Source: Eledone cirrhosa (Eukaryota). Taken from it: 64,000 bases of DNA. Where the stretch lies: contig OZ024744.1 of assembly GCA_964016885.1 (NCBI GenBank), forward strand, positions 88,164,001 through 88,228,000. The letters run 5' to 3'. A program made the translations under genes and the position numbers. Each line of letters opens with the position of its first letter. Position 1 is the stretch's first letter. This document shows, piece by piece, positions 56,962-64,000 of the stretch. The notes under the pieces are model-generated. The model was not told the DNA's origin. It saw only the letters and a list, made by a program, of their open reading frames with translations, and did not search any database.

Positions 56962-57027
<66 letters not shown>

Positions 57028-57062
57028 TTGAAAATTGCAAACTTGACTGTCACCACACATTA

Positions 57063-57101
57063 TGAACCTGAAGATTGCGAAAGCATGAAAGTACTTGTTC
57101 A
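57063..57101 (+). ncRNA. Minimal type I hammerhead ribozyme
   Basis: TGAAC-CTGAAGA-TTGC-GAAA-GCAT-GAAA-GTAC-TT-GTTCA. GNRA-capped stem II and palindromic AAGTACTT. Confidence 0.85.
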
Positions 57102-57307
57102 ATTAACACTTAACATTTAATATTCTATCATACTATTTCATTATAATACCATTACAAATTTTAAAAGGATTGTAAATAAAACGAGTAAATCAGACAAAGT
57201 TGGAATTCCTCTTATTAATATATATATATTAGTTGATACAGAGAATAAGGAAAAAAAGAAAAGTTGAGAGGAAGAGTGATATATGAAATTAGAGAAATGG
57301 AAAATAT

Positions 57308-60165
<2,858 letters not shown>

Positions 60166-60260
60166 ATGCTATCAGTTTTGTGTTTGTCTCCACAGGCACC
60201 ACTTGCTTACCTCTCTGTCACTTTCGTACCATTTCTTCCTATGTCCAACAGCGTTCTAAT

Positions 60261-60340
<80 letters not shown>

Positions 60341-60389
60341 CTCTCTTTCTCCCTTTCTCTCTCTCTCTCTCTGTATCTATATACCTCTC

Positions 60390-60537
60390 TATTGGCAGTA
60401 TCAGTAGAGGCTCGGACGCTGAGTTGAGTTCAAATCCCGCCGAGGTTAACTTTGCCTTTTATCCTTACGGGGTCGATAAAATAAAGTACCAGTATTGTAC
60501 TGGGTAATTTGCTGGCCTTGTGCCAAAAGAAGAAACG
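60390..60537 (+). mobile_element. Octopus-type tRNA SINE (internally deleted head)
   Basis: Matches the SINE consensus. Confidence 0.85.
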
Positions 60538-60593
60538 TTATCAATAAAGAAATGTATCTATCTATTATCTCTCACTCTCTCTCTCTTCTCTCT

Positions 60594-60650
<57 letters not shown>

Positions 60651-60722
60651 GTATCTATCTATCTCACTGGAACTCTCAGTCCCTTTCTTTCTCTCTCTCC
60701 CTCTATCTCTCTTCTCTCTCTC

Positions 60723-60754
<32 letters not shown>

Positions 60755-60953
60755 TTCTCTATCTCGCTCTATATATATCAGTCTCTTTTCTTTTGGTCTC
60801 TATCTATCTATCCCATCTTGTCTGTCTCCACCTTTCACTTATTTTCTTTCACTTTCCCTTACCCATTCTCTCTCTATATATCTATCTATATGTCTGTCTA
60901 TCTCTACATATATATGTATATACATGCATACATATATATAAATATATATATAT

Positions 60954-61410
<457 letters not shown>

Positions 61411-61420
61411 TATCTATATC

Positions 61421-61487
<67 letters not shown>

Positions 61488-61491
<4 letters not shown>

Positions 61492-61915
61492 CGTTTCTGA
61501 ATTTGTTTAGCAAGATTCTTTATCTGAAATCGTGTGTTGAAACCGATATTGTTATACTTTGGGAGGGTCATGTTGCCAATAAGAAACACACGCACCAGTT
61601 GCTTTCACTTCAATTTATTATATATTTATAAATTTACAAATCTACAAACTTATAAATTTCTGGTTGGTTGGTTGGTTCCACAACCAGATAGTTGTTTATA
61701 TATAGTCATAGTCCTTTCGTCACACACTCTGTGACCTCTTCAGTGACTGGGGATTCCTTTCTTTGTTTCTGTGCCTTTCCTTTCTTCTATCCTACGCCAT
61801 TTTGTTTCTGTGTGTGTGTTGTGTGCTCAGTTTGCGCATGCGCCACATCCGGGTGTCTGTGTGTGTTTGTGTCCATTTATCTATTTGTTTATTTATTTAT
61901 TGTTGGTTGGTTGTT
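61488..61915 (-). mobile_element. Family F hammerhead element
   Basis: Inverted near-identical copy of 11745-12183. Confidence 0.8.
61704..61748 (-). ncRNA. Type I hammerhead ribozyme
   Basis: Reverse complement of 11915-11959. Confidence 0.85.
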
Positions 61916-61962
61916 TATATATATATACACATATATATATATATACACACATATATATATAT

Positions 61963-62019
<57 letters not shown>

Positions 62020-62024
62020 ATAAC

Positions 62025-62057
<33 letters not shown>

Positions 62058-62132
62058 TATACATATATATATATACACACATATACATATATATATATAT
62101 ATATACATATATATACACATATACATATACAT

Positions 62133-62163
<31 letters not shown>

Positions 62164-62164
62164 C

Positions 62165-62254
<90 letters not shown>

Positions 62255-62511
62255 TTTCGGTTTCCTCCTTATTTCTTCATACATGTTGGCATGTTAGCAT
62301 TGCCCCCAGCCTCTTAGAATCACTCCCACTAAAATTTATCGATATCTTCTCATTAAATCTGTCTTCATATTTGAAGGTATTCTTGTATTTTTTTTCACTA
62401 CATTTCATTCGTCACTCCATTATTCATTCATTCACTCATTCAGCTAGTCACGTGCTCACTCACTAACACATTGTACGTCATTTCCCTTTTATGTGTGAGT
62501 ATGTGTGTGTA

Positions 62512-62547
<36 letters not shown>

Positions 62548-62789
62548 TGATTTTAAATGTGGGAGTTTTCGTGTGTATTTATATATATACATAAACTCCA
62601 CAAAACTTTCACTCACTCTCTCTCTCTCTCTCTCTCTCTCCATATATATATAAATATATATATACACACAAACATACTTATATACATTCATACATACATA
62701 CATACATACATACATACATACATACATACATACATACATACACGCATGCATATATACATATATATTTGTGTGTGTGTGTGTATGTGTCC

Positions 62790-62847
<58 letters not shown>

Positions 62848-62921
62848 CATTAGGTGCATATATGTATGTATGTATGTATGTATGTAAGTGTGTAAGTATA
62901 TATGTATGTACACACACACAG

Positions 62922-63011
<90 letters not shown>

Positions 63012-63435
63012 GTGTATATATATATATATATATATATGTACGTGTATATATATGTGCGTGTATATATATATATAAGACTCATATTCCTAGTTTTGTTTAG
63101 GCAACTTCCGTTTTATCACAACAAATTTACAATATTTTTCTTTCACTCATCACCCCCACTCTACCCCCAATTTCTCCACAGTTCCTCTCTCTCTCTCTCT
63201 CTCTCTCTCTCCACTTCCGGTACCACCTTCCCCTCCTTCTTCTCTACTTAATCAACCTTCTTTTCGTCTTCCTACTACATGTTTATCGACGTTCAATCTC
63301 TACCTCCGCCCACTTTTGGAAATTTTTCTTTAATCATTTGTGTTTATCGTTTTCTCTTTGTTGTTGTTGTTGTTGTTGTTGTTGCTGTTGTTGTTGTTGT
63401 TGTTGTTGTTGTTGTCGTCGTCGTCGTCGTCGTCG

Positions 63436-63470
<35 letters not shown>

Positions 63471-63499
63471 GCTGTTGTTGTTGTTGTTGTTTGTATTAA

Positions 63500-64000
63500 T
63501 ATAACAGTCATTAGGATCTTCATTAGGAAAATAGATATAAATAGTGTAGGCTGCCCACTTTTTAAAACGGTCGCCTATTCAGATCACAAATGTGTGATCT
63601 GTACGGTCGACCTAGATAAAACGCGTAGGTTAGGACCTGGTTACTGGAAGTTGAACATGTCATTTCCGGCACGTAAGGCTTACAGGGACCCAGTCAACAA
63701 TTTAGTTAAGCAAAAGTTGACAGGAGGGATCATAAACAACAGATGGTGGGGGGGCTCTCAAAAGAGAGATTAGAGTAACTTCGATAGAGTTCAGCAAAGA
63801 ACTAGCGTTAGAGAAAAATAGAAAGGAGGGGGAGCTGATAGATAAGTTAGACGAGGCTATTGGTAGTGGCATTGCAACTGACGTGCTAGCGGCGAGAATG
63901 GCATTAGACCATTTCTTCAATGCCAAACACGAAGGTTGCATTGTCAGAGCTAAGGCGCGTGAGAAACGAGGGAACCAAAGCTGTTAGATGGGCCCGCGTG
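63500..64000 (+). pseudogene. Tx1/L1-like LINE ORF2 fragment (end of endonuclease, linker), runs off the window
   Basis: VAYSDHKCV...GPGYWKLN...WW, then a frameshift to KREIRVTSIEFSK...EGCIVRAK. Confidence 0.75.

Overview
Animal (eukaryotic) non-genic DNA, very likely from an octopod cephalopod, judging by the AT-rich background, very dense (TA)n/(CA)n/(GA)n/(TAG)n microsatellites and an abundant tRNA-derived octopus-type SINE. No host protein-coding gene is supported, and almost all ORFs in the track are microsatellite translations. The real coding content is transposon-derived: one apparently intact full-length CR1-type LINE (minus strand, ORF1 15583-16734, ORF2 12575-15595), a frameshifted GIY-YIG fragment of a Penelope-like element (PLE), and remnants of RTE, Tx1/L1-like, hAT and Helitron elements. 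The main hidden signal, read by eye on both strands, is about 25 type I hammerhead ribozyme (HHR) motifs from more than 10 unrelated small, mostly non-coding element families. Most of these elements sit in (TA)n tracts, often as asymmetric fold-back insertions. They include a 595-nt monomer bracketed by two tandem hammerheads (retrozyme-like, candidate circular RNA), a second circularly permuted unit of about 430 nt, and recurrent variant catalytic cores (U3-A8 swap; U4C). The CR1-type LINE has an AUG-less ORF2 overlapping ORF1 in the -1 frame, with two canonical slippery heptamers in the overlap. All structures were folded manually; none was computed or tested.
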